From positions 6,271 through 70,270 of the forward strand of contig JAUYMN010000008.1 of the NCBI GenBank assembly GCA_030699455.1: a stretch of DNA of 64,000 bases, read 5' to 3'. The translations under genes were made by a program, and so were the position numbers. Every line of letters starts with the position of its first letter. Within the stretch, counting starts at the first letter, position 1. Under the pieces are notes generated by a model that was given only the letters and a program-made list of their open reading frames with translations, did no database searches and was not told the DNA's origin. Source of the DNA: Nanobdellota archaeon. Its GTDB lineage: Archaea; Nanobdellota; Nanobdellia; SCGC-AAA011-G17; UBA489. Positions 1-7,659 of the stretch are shown here, piece by piece.

Positions 1-1
1 T

Positions 2-400
2 TTCGCTATTTAGTGTTCTTAACCTGTAATTTTTTGTGGCAATAATAAAGCTGTTTTTCCTTCTAAATTCCATTTCAGAAGACTTATGCTCGCTATGTAT
101 TGCCCGTATATCTTGTATCAGCCGGACAGTTTCACGCGGTATATTATGTCTGCTACAGCTATACCTTGTAAATATATCCAGTCTCGATGCAGGATCCTGC
201 GGAAACAGCTGAATTCTCTTAAAATAGTAATCATAATATAATATTGCAGATACGGCATTTTCTAAAGATTCATACAGGTGTGTTGCTGCCAAAAGCATGA
301 TTTTTGGGTCATGAACCACCTGATAGGTCATGTGAACCATATGATCTGCTGTAGTGTATGATTTTATTGCCTTATTAACATAATCATAAAATCTTTCCAT
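2..400 (-). CDS. hypothetical protein, N-terminal part only (ORF runs off left edge)
   Basis: ATG at 400 (minus) opens an uninterrupted frame to the window edge (MERFYDYVNKAIKSYTTADHMVH...). Absent from the ORF track because there is no stop in the window. No motif recognised. Confidence 0.4.
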   Translation of the reverse strand, partial: MERFYDYVNKAIKSYTTADHMVHMTYQVVHDPKIMLLAATHLYESLENAVSAILYYDYYFKRIQLFPQDPASRLDIFTRYSCSRHNIPRETVRLIQDIRAIHSEHKSSEMEFRRKNSFIIATKNYRLRTLNSE

Positions 401-459
401 GATTTGCACAAGGATAACGAAATATATAAATATTGCAGTAGTCCATATCTTCTGTTAAA

Positions 460-780
460 ATGGGTCTGTTTAAATATTTGGAGCTCAATGACGGGATGCG
501 CATATTTGGAGCCGACTTAGACGCCATCATTATAGCAAGGCATATTAGTGGCAGAGATCACAATCACAGAGAAGCTGTTTTTGAGATTGTCGGATTGGAT
601 GAAATGGATAGGCTGTATCTGAGCTATAAGGATAAACTCTTCCGATTAATTCCTGAGCGTAGCATTTCAATTGGAATAAGGGATAATGATTGCATGACCA
701 ATCCACCAAAAAGAGTTGTTGTTCCTATGCACTTTGTTGCACCAAGAAGTTACAGTCTTAATTGTCGAAGGTATCACTAA
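460..780 (+). CDS. hypothetical protein
   Basis: 106-aa ORF with no competing ORF; no motif recognised. Confidence 0.4.
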   Translation: MGLFKYLELNDGMRIFGADLDAIIIARHISGRDHNHREAVFEIVGLDEMDRLYLSYKDKLFRLIPERSISIGIRDNDCMTNPPKRVVVPMHFVAPRSYSLNCRRYH

Positions 781-782
781 TC

Positions 783-1433
783 TCACCATCGTTCAACATG
801 AACATTTTCTTTAGGCACATTAAGTTCTTCTAGGTGTGAAACTACTGATTTTACAAATTCAGGCAGACCACAAATATAAAAATCTGAATTCAGTTTTATA
901 TTTTTTAAAATCATCCCCTTACTGATTCTCCCTGTCTGACCATTCCATTTTTCTTGGGTAAGAGTTATTATTTTGTTTATGTTTAGTAATTCCAGCTTAT
1001 CCCTAAATAATATATCTTCCTGTTTTTTAACAGAGTAAATAAGTGTGATGTCTTTGTCTTTTAACGACTGCATCATCGTCATTAGGGGCGTTATTCCTGT
1101 GCCTGCGGCTATAAACACCACTGGATTTTGAGTTTCCTTGAGTGTAAAAAGACCAAAAGGACCCTCAATATCTATCGTGTCATTAATATTTTTGCAAAAG
1201 AGGAAACATGACATTTTACCATTTGGCACTTCATTTAATGTTATTGTAATTTCTTCTGTTGGCTGTTTAAACCAGTTGGATATAGAATATGCTCTTCTTA
1301 TAACAACTCCATCTTTTTTAGAAATTACTGTTATAAATTGTCCAGGTTTATAGGTAATTGATTTGTCTAGCTTTAATCTGAATGTTTTTGTGTATGGTGT
1401 TTCATTAATAATTTTGGTGATTCTAGCTTTCAT
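783..1433 (-). CDS. FAD/NAD(P)-binding oxidoreductase, ferredoxin-NADP reductase-like
   Basis: RAYSIS (RxYS FAD motif) and AAGTGITP (NAD(P) motif). Start moved to MKARITK at 1433 so it abuts the NAC stop rather than overlapping it. Confidence 0.7.
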   Translation of the reverse strand: MKARITKIINETPYTKTFRLKLDKSITYKPGQFITVISKKDGVVIRRAYSISNWFKQPTEEITITLNEVPNGKMSCFLFCKNINDTIDIEGPFGLFTLKETQNPVVFIAAGTGITPLMTMMQSLKDKDITLIYSVKKQEDILFRDKLELLNINKIITLTQEKWNGQTGRISKGMILKNIKLNSDFYICGLPEFVKSVVSHLEELNVPKENVHVERW

Positions 1434-1434
1434 T

Positions 1435-1767
1435 TTATTCCTGGAGCGATAAAATTGCTTCTGCCAAATCACCATTATATTTTTCTAATGCTTCTCTTGC
1501 TTTTTGTTCAGAAACATTTGCTTGTGTAGATACAGTCTTTACATCTTCTTCAGAAATCTTTGTTTGTGAAGATTCTTCTGAAATATCTCCAGTTATCTGA
1601 AAACTTTCCTGACCCATTGCATTTACTTTTACAACATTTGGATTGGATATAACTATGTTCTTATCAGGACATTTTATTACTACTTCTTCTGCTTCAATTT
1701 CATCTTGTTTTATACCCATTCTTTTCATTGCTTTGGCAATATCCTTTGGGTTCATTCCTGGAATCAT
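1435..1767 (-). CDS. nac: nascent polypeptide-associated complex protein (archaeal NAC)
   Basis: 110 aa with an NAC domain followed by a UBA-like C-terminus (AREALEKYNGDLAEAILSL). Confidence 0.85.
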   Translation of the reverse strand: MIPGMNPKDIAKAMKRMGIKQDEIEAEEVVIKCPDKNIVISNPNVVKVNAMGQESFQITGDISEESSQTKISEEDVKTVSTQANVSEQKAREALEKYNGDLAEAILSLQE

Positions 1768-1798
1768 AAGAAGGTCATAAAAAGATGATTAATAAATG

Positions 1799-2014
1799 TT
1801 ATTGTTTTTTAGTAGCATATGGTGCCTTGTAATCACACGGTGTTTCTGCTGTGTATTTTGGTTTTTCCTTGTATGTTACTGCATCGGTAGTTATATTAAT
1901 TGCCGCGCTAATTGCAAGCTCTTCCAGCCCCATGCACGAAGGAAATGCCAGCAATGATGCTAATCCACCAGCCTGCAATGTTTTTTTCATTGTTTTTTTC
2001 ATTCTTGCCAACAT
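1799..2014 (-). CDS. small secreted or lipobox-like hypothetical protein
   Basis: Basic N-terminus, hydrophobic stretch, then Cys (LLAFPSC). Confidence 0.35.
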   Translation of the reverse strand: MLARMKKTMKKTLQAGGLASLLAFPSCMGLEELAISAAINITTDAVTYKEKPKYTAETPCDYKAPYATKKQ

Positions 2015-2091
2015 ATATACTGTAGTATATAAATTATAAACCTTTCTGTTTTATGCCTTTAAATTAAGAAATATTTATTTTTGGTGAGCTG

Positions 2092-2802
2092 TTAAGTTAG
2101 CGTCTGGTATAACGTCAGGGCTATTTTTTCAGGAGAAACAATTTTCGGTCTTTTGCCTTGTTTAATCTCTTCTTCATAAAAATCAATTCGTTCTTCAATC
2201 ATTGGAGTTCTTGTAAGGTTTGGTGAAACAACTTTAATCTCAATTTCTCTTGATTTCCAGTAATCTGTTTTTTCTTGGACATATTTCTCTAACAATCCTT
2301 TTGATAAACAATAATCTTCTAAAAATGGGTGATGTTTTCCTGCTAAAACTGAACCAGTTAAAACAATCTTTCCTTTTATTCCATCATTATGCATTTTCTC
2401 TCCAATTCTTTCTATAAGAAACACAGGACAATAATAATTTACTTTCATTGTTGCTTCTTTTTCTTCTTCTGTTAGACCTTTTTTGTAAACTCTTAATCCA
2501 GCATTGTATACAAAAACCTCAGGCGTTCCGAATTCTTTTAGTATTGATTCTAAACTTTTCCAATACAACTCATAGTCTAAAGAATTAAATATTAAACAAT
2601 CAATTTCAAAACTAGGGTTTTCCGATTTGATACTTCTGACTAGTCTTCTTGCACCTTCTTGGCTTTTGTAATAAGTAAACAAAACTGAGAAGTCCTTTTG
2701 TTTTGCTAATCTTTCAACAAGACAAGTCCCAATACCTTTAATTGAGGGGTTTTTATGTGAATAACTTCCCGCACCAATTACTAAAACTCTTTTGTTTTCC
2801 AT
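2092..2802 (-). CDS. short-chain dehydrogenase/reductase family protein
   Basis: N-terminal glycine-rich Rossmann motif (VIGAGS) and YxxxK (YCLSK). Last gene of a 3-gene operon. Confidence 0.75.
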   Translation of the reverse strand: MENKRVLVIGAGSYSHKNPSIKGIGTCLVERLAKQKDFSVLFTYYKSQEGARRLVRSIKSENPSFEIDCLIFNSLDYELYWKSLESILKEFGTPEVFVYNAGLRVYKKGLTEEEKEATMKVNYYCPVFLIERIGEKMHNDGIKGKIVLTGSVLAGKHHPFLEDYCLSKGLLEKYVQEKTDYWKSREIEIKVVSPNLTRTPMIEERIDFYEEEIKQGKRPKIVSPEKIALTLYQTLT

Positions 2803-2810
2803 ATTGTCCC

Positions 2811-3449
2811 CTATAAAGAATTATTTTGAGAATTTGAAACATAATCTGAAAGAGAATTGTGTATTTTAGTTCCGTAGAGCATTTTAAGTTTTTCTAATTG
2901 TTTATCCTGTGGCCAGTAAAGGCTTGCTGTGCAATCGGCTATAATTTCTGTTGGGATTCCAATTCCTCTTTCTTCTGCCCTCATAGCAATAGCATCTATA
3001 CACACATCAGTAAAGAAGCCAACCAAAACAAGACTTGAAGCTGTTCTCTGAACATATTCTCTAAATTGTGTATCAGAAAAAGCGTCTAAACCTCCTTTAG
3101 TAAAAACTGGTTCTTCTCCAATAGGTTTAATTCTATAAAAGTCAGTGCTATTAGTTCCATCTTTCAAAAACTCTTGTTCATACATTTCCTTATATCTTTC
3201 AAATCTAGATGGAGATAAATATTGGGGATCTCCTACTCCTCTAACATAAGCAATTGGAAAACTTTCTTCTCTAAAATGAGCAATTGCACTTTCAATATTA
3301 TCCACAACCTTATCTATACTTTTGACAGATAATTTACCATCTCCAAAAAAACCTTCAGGATTACAGGTTAATTTGTTCATTGCGAAAAAACCATCTGGAT
3401 GACAAAATTCATTTTGAACATCAACTACAAGAATGGTTTTTTGTTTCAT
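2811..3449 (-). CDS. isochorismatase-family cysteine hydrolase
   Basis: ILVVDVQNEF at the N-terminus and FFTDVCIDA with a candidate catalytic Cys. Confidence 0.8.
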   Translation of the reverse strand: MKQKTILVVDVQNEFCHPDGFFAMNKLTCNPEGFFGDGKLSVKSIDKVVDNIESAIAHFREESFPIAYVRGVGDPQYLSPSRFERYKEMYEQEFLKDGTNSTDFYRIKPIGEEPVFTKGGLDAFSDTQFREYVQRTASSLVLVGFFTDVCIDAIAMRAEERGIGIPTEIIADCTASLYWPQDKQLEKLKMLYGTKIHNSLSDYVSNSQNNSL

Positions 3450-4393
3450 TTTCTTCTCTCCTCTACAAATTCCTTTAAAGAATCAACTTTAAACTGCTCA
3501 CCCATCCAAGTAGAATAAAGATTGCCATTTGGCATTATTACTAAATAAGGCAATTCTTCTGCCTTTTCCCTTCCTATCTCTAATTGAGAAGTATAAAAAG
3601 GAAAACCTGTTTTTGTTTCAAAAGCAAGTTCATTTTTTTCCCTACCTTGAAAATTGGCTCTCTGTCCAGTCTGAATTGCTCCGCTTTCTCTTAATCTTTC
3701 TATAACTGGTTTTAATGGAACAAAGTTAAAATCTATATATTCCAGATGACCTCTTATCGCTTCATTATTGGAATCAACATTATAAACTCTAAATAATTCT
3801 CTTAAATATACGTCCTTTGCCCCACACTCTTGAGCAAAATCAAGGTATCTTAAAACATCATCTGTAGTTTCAAGTCCACCTTTTTGCAAGGTTGCACAAA
3901 GTCTTAATGGCATACCTATATCAGACAGATGCTTACCAATAACGCGCGGATTTCCTGTATCTATTCCAAAAATTCTATTATTTTTTTCAGAATCATAATG
4001 ATGTGTACTTAAGTTGACATAATGCAAGCCACTTTGTTTTAATTTTTGGGCTAGTGTTTCCCCATCAGATTCTTTTAACAATCTAGAACCATTAGTATAC
4101 ATGGCTATCAAATCCCAATCAGGATATTTTGATAACTCTTCTAATGTAGAAGTTACTCTGCTCAGCCTAAGAGTAGGCTCTCCGCCAGTGATTATAACTT
4201 TTCTTCCGCCCAAATCATGGTATTCACTAATATAATCAGCAACCCCTCTAGTAAAAGGATCTTGCTCTCCTGTAGGCATTTTCCATGTAATTTCTTGAAT
4301 GCACATTTGGCATCTCGCATTACACTCCGAATTTACCATTACGTCTATTTGCTCTGGCACGGTTGATTTCTTCTCTTCCATGTTGTATCTCAT
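3446..4393 (-). CDS. radical SAM protein
   Basis: CNARCQMC (CxxxCxxC) and GGEPTL. ATGA overlap with the downstream hydrolase gene. Confidence 0.85.
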   Translation of the reverse strand: MRYNMEEKKSTVPEQIDVMVNSECNARCQMCIQEITWKMPTGEQDPFTRGVADYISEYHDLGGRKVIITGGEPTLRLSRVTSTLEELSKYPDWDLIAMYTNGSRLLKESDGETLAQKLKQSGLHYVNLSTHHYDSEKNNRIFGIDTGNPRVIGKHLSDIGMPLRLCATLQKGGLETTDDVLRYLDFAQECGAKDVYLRELFRVYNVDSNNEAIRGHLEYIDFNFVPLKPVIERLRESGAIQTGQRANFQGREKNELAFETKTGFPFYTSQLEIGREKAEELPYLVIMPNGNLYSTWMGEQFKVDSLKEFVEERRK

Positions 4394-4459
4394 TAGTAGT
4401 TATTATCCTAAGTATAATATAAATACTTCCCCCCTTATTGTGGGTGGTAAATAAGAAGT

Positions 4460-4468
4460 TTTATAAAG
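4460..4468 (+). promoter_or_regulatory. TATA box (TTTATAAAG) for the TrmB-like gene
   Basis: TTTATAAAG centred about 26 nt upstream of the ATG at 4490. The same 9-mer recurs upstream of cassette genes. Confidence 0.5.
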
Positions 4469-4489
4469 TTTAGAAATATTTGGTAATGT

Positions 4490-5233
4490 ATGGACACGGA
4501 AACACTAGAAAAAATTGGTTTGACTAAAAATGAGAGTATTGTATACCTAACTTTAGTTAAATCTGGAACAATAAAAACAGCAGAGATTCTCAAGAAATCG
4601 GGACTAAACTCAGGGAGAATTTATGACACCTTGGAATCGTTGAAGCATAAGGGATTAATCTCAGAATCTAATATCAATGGCGTAAAGCACTTTACTGCTT
4701 CGCCACCAAATCAATTAAAGAATTATTTTCAACAAAGATTAAACCAACTAAAACAAGAAGAACCTATAATTGAGAAAGCCATACCTCAATTAAACCTTAT
4801 CAGAAATACATCAATTGAAAGTTCAAGAGCTACAATTTACACAGGGCTAAGAGGATTAAAAACCGCTGTTGATGAAGCATTTGAAAAGGTAGGGAAAGAT
4901 GAAGAAATTTTAGCGATGGGCGTTACCTCATTAAAAGATGAAAAGATAAACCAATTTTGGGTAAATTGGTCACCAAAAAGAATAAACAAAAAACTTGTTG
5001 CAAAGCATTTGTTTTCTGAAAAAAGTGAATTCTATGACGAATTTAAGAAAATGAAATATACAGAAGCAAAATTTTTGGAAGGTATTACTCCTGTAACAGT
5101 TGATATATTTGGAACTAAAACAATTTTAATTATGAATTACAAAGAGCCAATTTCTTGCATTTTGATTCAGGACGAAAATACTGTTCAATCTTTTAGGCAA
5201 TTTTTCTATCAGTTATGGAAAATTGCAAAATAA
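4490..5233 (+). CDS. TrmB-family transcriptional regulator (paralog 1 of 3)
   Basis: N-terminal wHTH LEKIGLTKNESIVYLTLVKSG...GRIYDTLESLKHKGLI. C-terminal domain shared with ORFs 20854 and 22440. Confidence 0.8.
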   Translation: MDTETLEKIGLTKNESIVYLTLVKSGTIKTAEILKKSGLNSGRIYDTLESLKHKGLISESNINGVKHFTASPPNQLKNYFQQRLNQLKQEEPIIEKAIPQLNLIRNTSIESSRATIYTGLRGLKTAVDEAFEKVGKDEEILAMGVTSLKDEKINQFWVNWSPKRINKKLVAKHLFSEKSEFYDEFKKMKYTEAKFLEGITPVTVDIFGTKTILIMNYKEPISCILIQDENTVQSFRQFFYQLWKIAK

Positions 5234-5323
5234 ATTTCTTGCGTAGCAAGACTATCTGTCCTAAAGGAACGCGGGCAACTTCTCCTATCAAGGGCGGGTG
5301 GTTGGGGGACTGAAGGTACTTAC

Positions 5324-5386
5324 AATTACGCTTAATTGTTGTTATACACCCTTCGAAGAGGGTCGAAGCGACCAACGAGAGTGGAG
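5324..5386 (+). repeat. junction-core repeat, variant type (AATTACGCYTAA..TT-GTTATAC)
   Basis: aattacgcttaattgttGTTATACaccc is nearly identical to 22233-22262. Followed by gaagcgacc, an iteron-like sequence. Confidence 0.6.
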
Positions 5387-5404
5387 AAGTTTGGGGCAGA
5401 GATA

Positions 5405-5413
5405 TTTATAAAG
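5405..5413 (+). promoter_or_regulatory. TATA box (TTTATAAAG)
   Basis: About 27 nt upstream of the ATG at 5436, immediately after the left arm of the inverted repeat at 5390-5399. Confidence 0.45.
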
Positions 5414-5435
5414 CCTATTTATATTAATCTAATCT

Positions 5436-5564
5436 ATGAACAAAAAAGGTGAAACGTGGAAAATGATTTTAATTGTGATTATCTTTCTAATAATTTTAAT
5501 ATGGATGCTACTTACTGGTTTCTTTAGCGATCCACTTGGGTGGTTTAGGAATTTAGCACAATAA
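5436..5564 (+). CDS. small membrane protein (42 aa)
   Basis: MNKKGETWKMILIVIIFLIILIWMLLTGFF... has one TM helix. It has its own TATA box and is bracketed by the 10-bp inverted repeat 5390-5399/5565-5574. Confidence 0.35.
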   Translation: MNKKGETWKMILIVIIFLIILIWMLLTGFFSDPLGWFRNLAQ

Positions 5565-5573
5565 CTGCCCCAA

Positions 5574-5672
5574 ATTGCACATAAGCCCTGTTAAACTCTC
5601 CCGTTAGGGATTGAATTTTAGTGCAATGTTCCGTAGCGAAGCGGAGGAAAAATTCAAAGTAAAAAAATCGGC
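5574..5672 (+). repeat. junction-core repeat with conserved hairpin
   Basis: attgcacataagccctGTTAAACtctcccgttaggga, then stem ttgaatttt (5611-5619) / aaaattcaa (5649-5657). The loop begins agtgcaa, as in copy 30615-30722. Confidence 0.65.
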
Positions 5673-5723
5673 GTATCAAGGGCGTAACCCCATTGGTTAA
5701 AAGAATATTGGGTTTGGGTTATA

Positions 5724-5732
5724 TATATAAAG
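5724..5732 (+). promoter_or_regulatory. TATA box (TATATAAAG)
   Basis: About 26 nt upstream of the ATG at 5754; overlaps a GTTATAT motif at 5718-5724. Confidence 0.45.
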
Positions 5733-5753
5733 AATCAATTAAACCTCTAAAAT

Positions 5754-6278
5754 ATGTATACAGAACAAGAACTAAGAGTATTGAATGACTGTGGTAAAGA
5801 ACAGACTAAGATTCAAACATACTTAGATTCTATTCCATTTGATGGAAGAGTATATGATACTGGAGAATATGAAGCTAGATCATTTAGAAAAACTGTTAAA
5901 GATGGGCAAGGATTATGTCTATGTGCTGCATTAACCGCTGCCCACATCTTAGAGTATAATGGACAAGAGCCTTTATTACTTGATATTTGGAGTAGGCCTC
6001 TTGAGCATACAGTTGCGATTTATCAAAATGGAAAGGTTGGTTCTTTGGGGAAAAGTAGACAAGATGGCGCCGGAGGACAACCTTCAACTTTTGATTCTGT
6101 GGAAGAAGTAGCTCAATATTATGCTAATTTTTTTAGAGGTATAGGTTGGGAAGTTGAAGCTTTCGGAGTAATTGATTTATCAAAAATTGATGATATTGAT
6201 TGGAGATTTGAATTAAGAAATTTGGATGAATTGGGAATTTGTCAAAGAATAAATAAATTTCCACATTACAAAATATAA
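5754..6278 (+). CDS. hypothetical protein, possible Cys/His hydrolase fold
   Basis: 174 aa with GQGLCLCAALTAAHILE and a downstream EHTVAIY, a weak transglutaminase/papain-like pattern. Bracketed by nested inverted repeats. Confidence 0.5.
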   Translation: MYTEQELRVLNDCGKEQTKIQTYLDSIPFDGRVYDTGEYEARSFRKTVKDGQGLCLCAALTAAHILEYNGQEPLLLDIWSRPLEHTVAIYQNGKVGSLGKSRQDGAGGQPSTFDSVEEVAQYYANFFRGIGWEVEAFGVIDLSKIDDIDWRFELRNLDELGICQRINKFPHYKI

Positions 6279-6506
6279 TCCAAACCCTTTCTATATTTAG
6301 CCGATTTTTTTATTGAGTTTAATCCTTTTTATGAAAATAACTTAATAATTTGGGGTATTATTGTCTGAAATCATGAAATATGTCATAAACAGTTTTTTTG
6401 TATTCTTTGATTAGTAGTATTTATGCATTACTTATCTAGCTAACAAATCTTAGAAAGGCTTAAATATAAGATATACAGTATATATTCTATATTAATGGGG
6501 GTTAAT

Positions 6507-6638
6507 ATGTTTGAAGCTAGTTGTAATGGATGCGAAGCGGTTTATAGTATTGAGGACAGCAGTATGCCTCAGTCTTTTAAGTGCTTATGTGGTTCAGAAA
6601 AGTTCAGTGTCAAAGAAAATACATTAGTTGTTGCTTAA
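6507..6638 (+). CDS. small zinc-ribbon protein (43 aa)
   Basis: CNGC...CLC cysteine pairs. Below the ORF-track size cutoff. Confidence 0.3.
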   Translation: MFEASCNGCEAVYSIEDSSMPQSFKCLCGSEKFSVKENTLVVA

Positions 6639-6644
6639 ATCTTG

Positions 6645-7475
6645 TTATATTATTAGTATAATCAGATATGCTAGTAGGCACCCCGCCGTTATAAATGGCA
6701 TCGCCGGATAAAACTTATTCTTTTTACCGATATACATAAGATAAAATAATGCGCCTGCTGTGAAGAATGGAATTAAATATGCTAAATTTCCGTAGGTCTT
6801 CATTACCACCCCTGCAAATATTAATGGAAGCCCAATATCTCCACCCCCTAAAATTGCAAACTTGTTTTTTGAATATGGAATCATAATTCCAGGAAAAATA
6901 TTCAGTTTTGTGTGTGACTTTGCCATTTTTACCATATGTTTTGTTTTGTTGACAGCAATATAATCATATATTGAAATTATTATTAAAAAAATTGTAATGC
7001 TAGCCAAATTCATGATTGGAACAAATACTGCAGCAAGCCCGCCATAAATAAATAATTCGCTTATGTTTTGTGTTACTACATTGTTTTTGAATATTTTTGC
7101 ATATGATAATACTATTGATAAGATAATTGCTAGTTGACTTGATAAAAATGCTGCAAATGATATTAATAAACAGAAAACGACTGATAAAAAGAACCAAGCT
7201 TTCCATAACCATTGCACATTGAATTTTATTATTAATAAAATAAAAAAAGTAACTAACAATACCATAATCAACATTGGGATGTATGAAGTACCTTCTTCAA
7301 GATCTGGTCTTTCTATATCATATGGGAGGTCATTGTATTCTATTTCTTTTACTTCCTTACCATCTATTGTTTTTGTTTTTTCAATTGAATAAGAATCAAC
7401 TATAAATAATCCAATAAACTGTGATAAGATAAAAATTGTCAATAAAATTGCAGTAATCTTTGCTGAGTGTTTCAT
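6645..7475 (-). CDS. presenilin/signal-peptide-peptidase-like intramembrane aspartyl protease
   Basis: Polytopic membrane protein with YD (SIYDYIAV) and GxGD-like (LGGGDIGLP) motifs, as in the A22 family. Confidence 0.65.
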   Translation of the reverse strand: MKHSAKITAILLTIFILSQFIGLFIVDSYSIEKTKTIDGKEVKEIEYNDLPYDIERPDLEEGTSYIPMLIMVLLVTFFILLIIKFNVQWLWKAWFFLSVVFCLLISFAAFLSSQLAIILSIVLSYAKIFKNNVVTQNISELFIYGGLAAVFVPIMNLASITIFLIIISIYDYIAVNKTKHMVKMAKSHTKLNIFPGIMIPYSKNKFAILGGGDIGLPLIFAGVVMKTYGNLAYLIPFFTAGALFYLMYIGKKNKFYPAMPFITAGCLLAYLIILII

Positions 7476-7659
7476 TTATGATTTTAGAAACATATATAAA
7501 TTAAATATGTTTCTATTTTCGTATGAAAGTAATCAGACATGTTCTCTTTCTTGGGAAATAATTAGAGGTGGTTGTGGAACATGTCTGTACTTTTATCCCG
7601 AAACTACACTTGCTGAGTTTAAGGAGAGATTTTAAAAACAGGGTTAAGATTGCATTATT

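Noticed and set aside
2066-5240. 7-bp inverted repeat (aagaaat / atttctt) bracketing the radical-SAM operon plus TrmB block.
   Set aside because: It is too short and too AT-rich to distinguish from chance, and is mentioned only as context for the mini-array finding.
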